Source of the DNA: Archaeoglobus fulgidus DSM 4304
GTDB lineage: Archaea; Halobacteriota; Archaeoglobi; Archaeoglobales; Archaeoglobaceae
Reading direction: 5' to 3'
DNA length: 32,000 bases
Assembly (NCBI RefSeq): GCF_000008665.1
Contig: NC_000917.1
Location: 240,001-272,000 of the forward strand
The notes beneath the pieces are model-generated. The model was not told where the DNA came from. It worked only from the letters and a program-made list of their open reading frames with translations, and searched no databases. Positions 8,418 through 16,571 of this stretch are shown here, piece after piece (position 1 is the first letter of the stretch; each line of letters opens with the position of its first letter). A program made the position numbers and the translations under genes.

Positions 8418-8849
8418 TTATTTGATACTTTGACCTAGATTTTTGGCAAATGCAAGCAGGAAGCCCAAGGCGTTTTGCACGTCCGGGTCTCTGAGAGACT
8501 TCAGAGCCCCTGTCACTCCAACCGGCTCGAAGTTCTTAGCCTTCTTAAATGCTTCAACAAGCTTCTCAACCCTTTTTATCATCCCCTCATCCACTGAAAG
8601 GGCAACGGTTAGCAGCATTTCGAGGTTCTTCGTCACCACTTCCTGCACATCTTCATCGAGAAACTCTTCGGGAAGTTTTCTAATGGCTAAAACAGCCCCG
8701 GACATCTCCACAAGCTCGTCAAGAACACCGCTGTTTTCGAGGTAAATCAGCTTGTCCATTGCGCTTATTATAGCATCTCCATCCTCGGCAAGTTTCTCCA
8801 TCAACCTCATCAAAACGTCAGCAGCCTTACTCTCATAATCGGCAATCAT
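8418..8849 (-). CDS. DUF1641-family protein
   Basis: 143-aa acidic helical protein. The C-terminal GVTGALKSLRDPDVQNALGFLLAFAKNLG matches the conserved DUF1641 end motif. A TATA-like tttaaatttata sits 17 nt upstream of the ATG, so the transcript is probably leaderless. Confidence 0.6.
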   Translation of the reverse strand: MIADYESKAADVLMRLMEKLAEDGDAIISAMDKLIYLENSGVLDELVEMSGAVLAIRKLPEEFLDEDVQEVVTKNLEMLLTVALSVDEGMIKRVEKLVEAFKKAKNFEPVGVTGALKSLRDPDVQNALGFLLAFAKNLGQSIK

Positions 8850-8931
8850 AATCGCTCAGCTTCCACTATAAATTTAAATTTTTGCTTTTGGTTATTAATA
8901 ACAAATAATTTAGATAAAAAACTTAGGAAAG

Positions 8932-8939
8932 TTTAAATA
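8932..8939 (+). promoter_or_regulatory. Putative TATA box for the four-gene flavoenzyme operon
   Basis: tttaaata lies 48 nt upstream of ATG 8987. A GAGGTGA SD lies 4 nt before the ATG. Confidence 0.35.
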
Positions 8940-8986
8940 AGCATTCTAATTCACGATTTTAAAATACTTGTTGCAGAGGTGAAAGG

Positions 8987-10591
8987 ATGGTCAGAACCGA
9001 GTTTGGCAGACTGCAAGAGCATCCTATTGTCGATTTTAAAAGAGGAAAAGAGGTCACAATTTACCTCAATGGCAAGCCCGTAAAGGCATATGAGGGGGAG
9101 ACAGTTGCTGCTGCACTTTACGCTGCCGGAGTCAGAGTTTTCAGCCGATCCTTCAGATGGCACCGCCCGAGGGGATTCTTCTGCGCCATAGGCAAGTGCT
9201 CAGCATGCATGATGGAGGTTGACGGCATCCCGAACGTCAGAACCTGCAAGGTTTACGTCAGGGACGGGATGCAGGTCAGAACGCAGAGCGGGATGCCTGA
9301 TGCTGAGAAAGATGTTTTCTCCATTCTCGATGATGTGATTGACAAAGTCTTCCCCCACGGCAGCCACTACACCAAGTTCACTACCAGCAAGAAAGCAAGG
9401 GAGTTCATGGTCAAGAGAATGAGGAAGTTTACGGGCTTCGGCAACCCGCCAAAGGCTGTATTTCAGGGAAGAGCGGAGCTTGAGGAGATTGAAACTGATG
9501 TGCTGGTTATCGGGGGAGGTCCGGGAGGAATGTCGGCAGCAATAAACGCTGGGAAGTATGGGGCAAAGGTTCTGCTTGTTGACGAGAATCCCTTCCTCGG
9601 CGGGCAGCTGGTAAAGCAGACGCACCGCTTCTTCGGCTCTGCCAAGGAGAGGGCAGGGACGAGAGGGATAAAAATTGCCGGAATTCTGGAGGAGGAGCTC
9701 AACAGCATAGAGAATGTTGAGGTGAGAAGGGAAACGAGGGTTTTCGGAATCTACAACGGTGAGGCGGGGGCTTATCAGAGGTTAAACGATGATGAGGGAA
9801 AGCTTTTGAGAATAAAGGCCAAGAAGATTGTTGTAGCTACGGGAGCTTACGAGAGGACGCTGATCTTTGAGAACAATGACCTGCCGGGAGTTTACGGTGC
9901 TGGCGGTGTGCAGACGCTGATGAACGTTTACGGAATAAAGCCGGGCAACATGGGGCTGATTGTTGGGTCAGGTAATGTAGGGCTTATCCTCACCTACCAG
10001 CTAATGCAGGCTGGAGTGAATGTTGCGGCCATTGTTGAGGCGATGCCCCGCATTGGAGGCTACTTCGTCCATGCAGCAAAGGTGAGAAGGCTCGGAGTGC
10101 CAATTTACGTGAGACACACCATACTTAAAGCCATAGGAAGGAAGAGCGTTGAGGGGGCTGTGATTGCCCAGCTCGACGACAGGTGGCAGCCAATTCCCGG
10201 CACCGAGAAGGAAATCAAGTGCGACTTCATCTGCGTTGCCGTCGGCTTATCCCCCACACACGAACTGCTCTATCAGGCGGGCTGCGAGATGAAGTTCGTG
10301 CCAGAGCTTGGAGGAATCGTCCCGCTCAGAACGAGATTCAACGAAACGAGTGTTAAGGGGCTTTACGTTGCAGGAGACGTTGCGGGGATTGAGGAAGCAA
10401 CAGCAGCAATCATGGAGGGCAGGATAGCGGGAATTCATGCCGCAGTTACGCTGGGCTATGGTGGTGAGGAGGCGAAGAAGGAGCTGGACGAGGCGGTTAA
10501 GGAAATAGAGGAGTTCAGAGCTGGGCCCTTCGGAGAGAGAATAGTCTGCGGATTGGAGAAGTGCACACTTGAGAGCGAGGTGATGCTATGA
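8987..10591 (+). CDS. SoxA/HcnB/OoxA-like alpha subunit: N-terminal 2Fe-2S domain + FAD/NAD(P) pyridine-nucleotide-disulfide oxidoreductase
   Basis: GKPVKAYEGETVAAALYAAGVRVFSRS..RPRGFFCAIGKCSACMMEVDGIPNVRTC is the sarcosine-oxidase-alpha-type 2Fe-2S domain. Two Rossmann GxGxxG motifs are present (VLVIGGGPGGMSAA, IVGSGNVGL). Confidence 0.8.
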   Translation: MVRTEFGRLQEHPIVDFKRGKEVTIYLNGKPVKAYEGETVAAALYAAGVRVFSRSFRWHRPRGFFCAIGKCSACMMEVDGIPNVRTCKVYVRDGMQVRTQSGMPDAEKDVFSILDDVIDKVFPHGSHYTKFTTSKKAREFMVKRMRKFTGFGNPPKAVFQGRAELEEIETDVLVIGGGPGGMSAAINAGKYGAKVLLVDENPFLGGQLVKQTHRFFGSAKERAGTRGIKIAGILEEELNSIENVEVRRETRVFGIYNGEAGAYQRLNDDEGKLLRIKAKKIVVATGAYERTLIFENNDLPGVYGAGGVQTLMNVYGIKPGNMGLIVGSGNVGLILTYQLMQAGVNVAAIVEAMPRIGGYFVHAAKVRRLGVPIYVRHTILKAIGRKSVEGAVIAQLDDRWQPIPGTEKEIKCDFICVAVGLSPTHELLYQAGCEMKFVPELGGIVPLRTRFNETSVKGLYVAGDVAGIEEATAAIMEGRIAGIHAAVTLGYGGEEAKKELDEAVKEIEEFRAGPFGERIVCGLEKCTLESEVML

Positions 10592-11073
10592 CCCAGTATC
10601 TGGAAAGAGGATACCTTGAGAGGGATGAGCTCCCGCCCTTTCCAAGCGAGGAGAGGTTGAAGAAGAAGGCAGTAGCCTACATCGAGTGCCCCCAGCCCAT
10701 CCCATGCAGCCCCTGCTTCGAATCCTGTCCCGCAAACGCCATTGAGATGAAAAACATCAACGACCCGCCAAAGGTTGACTACGAGAAGTGCACGGGATGC
10801 ATGAAGTGCATTCGCGTTTGTCCGGGCCTCGCAATCTTCATGCTTAGACTGAGAGACGACGGCAAGGGAGAGGTGACGCTGCAATACGAGTTCCTGCCGT
10901 GGCTGAAGAAGGGAGACAGGGTGAAGCTGTACAACAGGAAAGGTGAGGAAATCGGTGAGGGAGTGGTTAACTGGGTTCTGCCGCCAGAGAGGAACGACAA
11001 CACCTCTCTCGTCAGAGTGGAGGTGCCTGCAGAGCTGATTTTCGAAGTCAGGGCTGTAAGGCCAGTGGGGTGA
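10588..11073 (+). CDS. 4Fe-4S ferredoxin-type small subunit of the flavoenzyme complex
   Basis: CPQPIPCSPCFESCP and CTGCMKCIRVCP cluster motifs. The start overlaps the upstream stop (ATGA). Confidence 0.75.
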   Translation: MTQYLERGYLERDELPPFPSEERLKKKAVAYIECPQPIPCSPCFESCPANAIEMKNINDPPKVDYEKCTGCMKCIRVCPGLAIFMLRLRDDGKGEVTLQYEFLPWLKKGDRVKLYNRKGEEIGEGVVNWVLPPERNDNTSLVRVEVPAELIFEVRAVRPVG

Positions 11074-11357
11074 TAAGCGTGAAGGACAGGAAGGTTGTTT
11101 GCAGGTGTGAGGATCTGACCGAGGAGGAGATAATCCACGCCATCGAGCTTGGCTACGACGACCTTGAGAGCCTCAAGAGGTTTACCGGAGCAACGACTGG
11201 CCCATGTCAGGGTAAGAGCTGTCTGATGCACATCCTAAGAATACTCAGCCAGAAGACTGGCAAGAGCGTTGATGAGATTGGCGTAACAACGCAGAGGCAG
11301 CCCGTGAATCCGGTCCCGCTTTACATACTCGCTGCAGGGAAGGGTGATAAAGAATGA
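11070..11357 (+). CDS. BFD-like [2Fe-2S]-binding small subunit
   Basis: VVCRCEDLTEEEIIHAIELGYDDLESLKRFTGATTGPCQGKSC shows the CxC...CxxxC BFD-like pattern. The GTG start overlaps the upstream TGA. Confidence 0.7.
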   Translation: MISVKDRKVVCRCEDLTEEEIIHAIELGYDDLESLKRFTGATTGPCQGKSCLMHILRILSQKTGKSVDEIGVTTQRQPVNPVPLYILAAGKGDKE

Positions 11358-12418
11358 AGGTCGCTGTTATCGGTGGAGGAGTTGCGGGGCTTTCTGCAGC
11401 GTACTTTCTGGCAAAGGCTGGGGCTGACGTGAAGGTTTTCGAGCAGAAGTATCTGCTTTACGGTGCGAGCGGAAGGAACTCAGGCGGTTTGACTGCCCAG
11501 TTCACAAATGAAGCTATGATAAAGCTGGCAAAGAGAACGCTTGAACTCTACGATGAACTTCAGTCAGAGGTCGGGTTCAACTTTCTGCTGAGAAGGGACG
11601 GCTACGTCAAGATTGCGGGCAAGGGTGAGGAGGCGAAGCTCAGGGAAGAGGTTGAGTTCCAGAGAAAAGCCGGAGTTAAGGTGAAGATGGTCGAGCCTGA
11701 GTTCGTTAAGGAGCTGTTCCCCGACATAAACACCTCCGCCTTCACCGCTGCAAGCTACTTCGCCGATGGTGGAGTTGTTTTTCCATGGCCCGTTGTATGG
11801 GGGCTGGCAAAGGGCTGCAGGGAGCTTGGAGTGGAGATTTACGACTACACCCCGGCAAGTGTTGAGGTGAAGGGCAACGATCTAACTGTGAAAGCCAGCG
11901 GGGAGAGCTACAAGGTTGACTACATCATCAACGCTGCAGGGGCATGGAGCAATGAAATCAGCCAGCAGGCAGGGGTGGAGCTGAACAACAAGGTTTTCAG
12001 GGAGGAGATATGCGTAACTGAAAGCCTGAAGCCCTACCTTGACCCCTACATTATGGATATCTCAACAGGCGTTTACTTCAGCCAGTCCATGAGAGGAGAA
12101 ATCGTTGGAGGGATTCTTGGCAGCGAGACGGACAGGCTTGAAACCAAAGCCTCCCTCGACTTTCTCACGACCTACGCAAAGAGGGTTACTGAGCTTGTGC
12201 CCAAGCTGAGGGGTATGGCAGTGCTGAGGCAGTGGGCAGGGCTATACGATGCAGGCAGGAACGGAATGCCTGTAATCGGCCAGACGAAAGTCAGGGGATT
12301 CATCCAGCTCAACGGCTTTGGCAGGCACGGCATGTCCCTCGCCTTGGCTGCAGGAGAGGGTGTGGCGGAGCTGATAGTGAAGGGAAGAAGCTCGATTGTT
12401 GAGCCCTTTAAACCTTAA
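11354..12418 (+). CDS. FAD-dependent oxidoreductase, SoxB/DadA/proline-dehydrogenase beta-subunit-like
   Basis: MKVAVIGGGVAGLSAAYFLAKAGADVKVFE is the dinucleotide fold. The overall pattern is DAO-family. The start overlaps the upstream stop (ATGA). Confidence 0.8.
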   Translation: MKVAVIGGGVAGLSAAYFLAKAGADVKVFEQKYLLYGASGRNSGGLTAQFTNEAMIKLAKRTLELYDELQSEVGFNFLLRRDGYVKIAGKGEEAKLREEVEFQRKAGVKVKMVEPEFVKELFPDINTSAFTAASYFADGGVVFPWPVVWGLAKGCRELGVEIYDYTPASVEVKGNDLTVKASGESYKVDYIINAAGAWSNEISQQAGVELNNKVFREEICVTESLKPYLDPYIMDISTGVYFSQSMRGEIVGGILGSETDRLETKASLDFLTTYAKRVTELVPKLRGMAVLRQWAGLYDAGRNGMPVIGQTKVRGFIQLNGFGRHGMSLALAAGEGVAELIVKGRSSIVEPFKP

Positions 12419-12525
12419 TTTTTCATAGGTAGTTTTAGAGGTTTTTACTATTTTTCAAAAGCAGGGAATTATTAAGTATTAGGAATGTGCTTTTGTAATT
12501 AATCAGTTAAATTGGAGGTGAAAGT

Positions 12526-15429
12526 TTGGGAAATTTCGGACTGTTTAGAGGATTAACTGCCGCTCTGCTTCTGCTTGCACTGCTGCAAACAGTAAACGCA
12601 GCTACCATAACTGGCTGCACTCAAATTCAGAGTCCGGGCTACTACGAGCTTGCCAGCGACATAACAGCATCGGGAACGTGTATTGTGATAACCTCTGACC
12701 ATGTGACATTTGACGGAAAGGGTCACAAGATTTCGGGGACAACCGGAGATGGGATATTCGTTGTGAGCCAGACTGTGTATAATGACCCGGTTTACAACTA
12801 CACAAACGTCATTAAAAACGTGTCCATACAGAACGTGGTAGTAGAGGGTTTTGACGTAGGAATACACATAAGAGGGGCACAGGGAGTCGCGGTAACAAAA
12901 TCTGAGATTTTAAACTCGGCCTCCATAGGGATTCACGTGGAGTTCTCAGACAACGCACTGGTTTATGAAAATGTTGTCAGGAATGCAGATGTCGGAATAA
13001 AGATTGCCAACAGCTTCGCATCCGATATAGCCCACAACAGAGTTACAGGCTGCAACATTGGAATCTACACAGCAAAATACAAGGTTTTCTACGGGGACTG
13101 GCCCTACATTGGTTTGAAAAATGTTTATATTTACGACAATTACCTTAAAAACCACCAGAACATAGGCGGACTTGCAGCGAATCCCGCAACCGACCCCGGA
13201 GATCTGGAAAACGTCAATCTGTTTACTCAGAAAACACCCGGGACCAACATAATTGGTGGCCCATACTTCGGTGGTAACTTCTACAGCACGCCCTCTGGCA
13301 ACGGATACAGCGACCTGTGTGTTGATGCAGACGTTGATGGGCTGTGCGACCAGCCGTTCAACGCTGGCTACCTCGTCGACAAGTATCCTCTTACATACAT
13401 CACAGCAGCAGGACCTGACGTTACTCCGGAATTAAAGCCTGAAAAGCTCGTTGTTGTTAAGCCTGCAGAGGGAGAGAGCTTCTGCGCTGGAGATGAGATA
13501 GTCATTGAGTGGACTGGAGGAGATGAGGATTGGAGGGTTGACCTTTCCTTGGTGGATACTCTCAGTCTGGCAATGACGCCGATAGCTTCCGGAATACACA
13601 ATTCAGGGCAGTACACATGGACCATTCCTGCAACTTTGTCCCCAGGAACGTACCAGATATACATTCAGGAAATCAACCAGCGTGATTACGCTTACGGAGG
13701 CAAGTTTTTTGTCATAGACTGCAGCCAGCAGGCAACGAAAGGTATTGAGGTTCCGGAGTGTGAGGGGATAATCGACCTCAGCACCGGCACAACCGGAAAC
13801 TTCATTCCGGACTTATACGGTGCTGCAGAAGATTCTGTGAATGACCCGGTGGACTGGGAGGTTGAGGGGATGACGGCTTACGTCGTCCCACCGTATCCGG
13901 GGTGGTATTCGGGTCCAGAAATCGACTCCATTGCAAACTGGATTACGCCCTACACCAACCAGAACCACAATTACCCGCAGGGATACGGAGACTTTAAAGC
14001 CACGCTAAAGTTTACTGCTCCAGCAAACGGAAATATTACTCTCTACTACACAGCAGACGACGGTCTCGACCTATACCTCGACGGAAACCTTGTGGATTCC
14101 TACAAAGTTTACAAGGGTTTCACGCAGCTAAGAAAATACGAAACTAACGTTATTGCTGGACAGCACGTGATTACTGCCAGCGTTGAAGATGAACACAGAG
14201 TAGTTTCAGGATTCCTCGCAATAGGGTGGTTCTGTCCAACCGAGGTGGTTGAAAAACCATGTGAAAGACCGCAGACGGTAAAGCTTCAGGTTGGTGAGAA
14301 GTACCAGTGCGGAGACTATGTGATATCGATAGAAAAGGTCTCCACAAACGGCTACGCTACAGTAACGGTTTACGAGAACGGCAACCTTGTCGGAAGCTAC
14401 TCCGTGAACCTCGGTCAGAGTCTGGTTGTGGGAGGTTTGACCCTTACGCTAAAGGAGATGTCAGAAAACACAGTCGTACTTGAAGTTTGCTGTGAAGAAG
14501 CAGTAGCATGTGAAAACTGGAGGGAAGTCGAGCTGAAGATAGGCGAGAAATATCAGTGCGGAGATTATACGATTGTGCTGGACAACGTCGACTACCCAAC
14601 TCAGGCGGTGAAGGTTGCAGTATACGACTCCTCAGGAAACCTTTTGGGAATTCATCAGCTCTCAGTTGGAGACAGCATTTCCCAGCCGAGTTTGGTTTTG
14701 ACTGATATCACCGGAGACAATTCCGCTAAATTCAAGATTTGCTGTGAGGAACTACCTATAGAATGTGAAGAGAAGGACATGAGGGCTGTAATAGGGCAAA
14801 AGTATCCGTGTGGAGATTACTACTTCACCATGACTGGGCTCAATTATGCTGATCAGAAGGTCACGATATCGATAATAGACCAGAGCGGAAATATTCTGTC
14901 AACCCACACGCTTGGAGTGGGAGATACAGCCGTGGAAGGGAGCATAAAGATTACTCTGAGCCAGATTACGGGAGATAACTCGGCATTGTTTACGGTGTGC
15001 TGTGAGAAGGTCGCATGTGAAACATGGACAGAGGTTGATGCCAAAATAAGGGAAAAGTATCAGTGCGGAGAGTACACCTTAACTCTGAACAGCGTGAATT
15101 ACGCAAACCAGAGCGTTGAAATATCCGTTTATGATTCGGGAGGCAATCTGATAGCCACTCACCAGCTCTCAGTTGGAGACAGCATTTCCCAGCCGAGTTT
15201 GGTTTTGACAGATATCACCGGAGATAATTCAGCCAGATTCAAGGTTTGCTGTGAGAAGGTCAGCAAGGTACAACCTTCTTACACCACAACGATAAATCCA
15301 GAGGAGGTTACCGAGGTTCCAGCCACCACGGAGAAAGGAGGTGGGGAAGTCTCAGCTACGCCGGGCTTTGAAGCTCTCATTGCTGTAGCCGGGCTACTCG
15401 GTGTGGGCTACCTCCTGAGAAGGAAGTAA
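12526..15429 (+). CDS. Large secreted cell-surface protein: signal peptide, NosD/PbH1 beta-helix, Ig-like and PA14-like segments, four Cys-bracketed repeats, PGF-CTERM anchor
   Basis: TTG start 4 nt after a GGAGGTGA SD. Signal peptide MGNFGLFRGLTAALLLLALLQTVNA. Beta-helix repeats include VGIHIRGAQGV, IGIHVEFSDN, VGIKIANS and IGIYTA. DDGLDLYLDGNLVD is PA14-like. A Thr-rich linker is followed by TPGFEALIAVAGLLGVGYLLRRK at the C-terminus. Confidence 0.85.
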   Translation: MGNFGLFRGLTAALLLLALLQTVNAATITGCTQIQSPGYYELASDITASGTCIVITSDHVTFDGKGHKISGTTGDGIFVVSQTVYNDPVYNYTNVIKNVSIQNVVVEGFDVGIHIRGAQGVAVTKSEILNSASIGIHVEFSDNALVYENVVRNADVGIKIANSFASDIAHNRVTGCNIGIYTAKYKVFYGDWPYIGLKNVYIYDNYLKNHQNIGGLAANPATDPGDLENVNLFTQKTPGTNIIGGPYFGGNFYSTPSGNGYSDLCVDADVDGLCDQPFNAGYLVDKYPLTYITAAGPDVTPELKPEKLVVVKPAEGESFCAGDEIVIEWTGGDEDWRVDLSLVDTLSLAMTPIASGIHNSGQYTWTIPATLSPGTYQIYIQEINQRDYAYGGKFFVIDCSQQATKGIEVPECEGIIDLSTGTTGNFIPDLYGAAEDSVNDPVDWEVEGMTAYVVPPYPGWYSGPEIDSIANWITPYTNQNHNYPQGYGDFKATLKFTAPANGNITLYYTADDGLDLYLDGNLVDSYKVYKGFTQLRKYETNVIAGQHVITASVEDEHRVVSGFLAIGWFCPTEVVEKPCERPQTVKLQVGEKYQCGDYVISIEKVSTNGYATVTVYENGNLVGSYSVNLGQSLVVGGLTLTLKEMSENTVVLEVCCEEAVACENWREVELKIGEKYQCGDYTIVLDNVDYPTQAVKVAVYDSSGNLLGIHQLSVGDSISQPSLVLTDITGDNSAKFKICCEELPIECEEKDMRAVIGQKYPCGDYYFTMTGLNYADQKVTISIIDQSGNILSTHTLGVGDTAVEGSIKITLSQITGDNSALFTVCCEKVACETWTEVDAKIREKYQCGEYTLTLNSVNYANQSVEISVYDSGGNLIATHQLSVGDSISQPSLVLTDITGDNSARFKVCCEKVSKVQPSYTTTINPEEVTEVPATTEKGGGEVSATPGFEALIAVAGLLGVGYLLRRK
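14260..15258 (+). repeat. Four tandem coding repeats of 83-85 codons inside the surface-protein gene
   Basis: Units start at 14260, 14509, 14764 and 15016. Each reads CE..(W)..V..K.GEKYQCGDY......Y..Q.V...VYD.SGNL...H.L.VGDS.....L.LT.ITGDNSA.F..CCE. Confidence 0.85.
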
Positions 15430-15482
15430 TACGATTGTAACACAATCAAAAACTCTTTTTCCCTATTTTTTAAAGTTGGACT

Positions 15483-16496
15483 ATGACTCTGAAGTTCGTT
15501 AAAGGAGAGAGCGATAACCTTGAGCTGGCAAAGGGCAGGGCAGCATTCGTGCTCGTTATTGGAAACACAAAGACTGCAAACATTGAGGGGATAACGGTTG
15601 CCGGGGCAAATCCAGAGCTGATAAAGTACACTCCCCCCGCAGATGCGGAGTTACTCTACCACGGGAAATGCCTCTCCATTGATGGTGTACCCGCAACGCC
15701 AGACGGAAAGCCAACTCCAGCCCTGATAACCTACACCGCCTTACGCCTTACCTCCATCCCACTCTTCGTTGTAAACTCCGGCCTGATGGTTCCGCCAAAA
15801 ATCCCCTACATCGACCTCAACGCTCCAGTGGGGGAGAACATCGCTGAAAGCAGAGCAATGGACAGAGAGAAGGTTGAGGAGGTGTTGGAGAGGGCCAAAA
15901 TTGTAGGAAGGCAGCTTTCAAAGCTTTCGGATGTTCTGATTATTGGAGAGAGCATTCCCGCAGGAACGACAACTGCTGCGGCAGTTTTAAAGGCTCTCGG
16001 CCTTAACGCAGCTGTCTCATCCAGCATGCCTGAAAACCCGGTTGAGCTGAAGAGGAAGGTTGTTGAGAGGGCTGTGGAGAGGGTTGAAAGCAATGACCCC
16101 ATTGAAGTTCTCTCAGCCGTCGGCGACCCGGTAATGGTTGGTGTCGCAGGAATTGCTCTCGGATCAGAAAAGCCAGTAATCTTGGCGGGAGGGACCCAGA
16201 TGGTGGCTATAGCCAACCTCATAGCCAGAATGGGAGAAGTGGAGGCTGTGATAGCCACCACAAAATATGTTGCCAGCGACGCCACAGCAGACCTCTCCCT
16301 CTCCCCCTTCCCCGTCATAGCTTCTGACCCCATGCTCGGTAAGTCACGATATCCGGGGCTGAGGGCTTACGAGGAGGGCTTTGTTAAGGAGGGAGTTGGA
16401 GCTGGCGGGATGACATCTGTGGCTTATGCACGTGGCATAACTCCTGAAAAGTTTTTGGAGGAGGTGGAAAAAGACTACGAAAGGATTGTACTTTGA
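15483..16496 (+). CDS. cobT: Archaeal-type CobT-like protein (UPF0284 / TIGR00303; putative nicotinate-nucleotide-dimethylbenzimidazole phosphoribosyltransferase)
   Basis: VLVIGNTKTANIEGITVAGANPELIKYTPPADAELLYHGKC...PTPALITY...IIGESIPAGTTTAAAV is the family pattern as I recall it from MJ1598-like proteins. Confidence 0.65.
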   Translation: MTLKFVKGESDNLELAKGRAAFVLVIGNTKTANIEGITVAGANPELIKYTPPADAELLYHGKCLSIDGVPATPDGKPTPALITYTALRLTSIPLFVVNSGLMVPPKIPYIDLNAPVGENIAESRAMDREKVEEVLERAKIVGRQLSKLSDVLIIGESIPAGTTTAAAVLKALGLNAAVSSSMPENPVELKRKVVERAVERVESNDPIEVLSAVGDPVMVGVAGIALGSEKPVILAGGTQMVAIANLIARMGEVEAVIATTKYVASDATADLSLSPFPVIASDPMLGKSRYPGLRAYEEGFVKEGVGAGGMTSVAYARGITPEKFLEEVEKDYERIVL

Positions 16497-16538
16497 CATT
16501 TCATTTTTTCGCAATTATACTGATTATTAACCAAAAAA

Positions 16539-16546
16539 TTTAAATA
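16539..16546 (+). promoter_or_regulatory. Putative TATA box of the PAS/GAF sensor gene (leaderless spacing)
   Basis: tttaaata ends 25 nt before ATG 16572. No SD is present. Confidence 0.4.
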
Positions 16547-16571
16547 GGAGCTAATATCAAACATTAAAATA

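Noticed and set aside
14260-15258. A regularly spaced repeat array, considered as a possible CRISPR or satellite.
   Set aside because: The units are about 250 nt, contiguous, in frame, diverged and part of one long ORF. They are protein-domain repeats, not repeat-spacer architecture.
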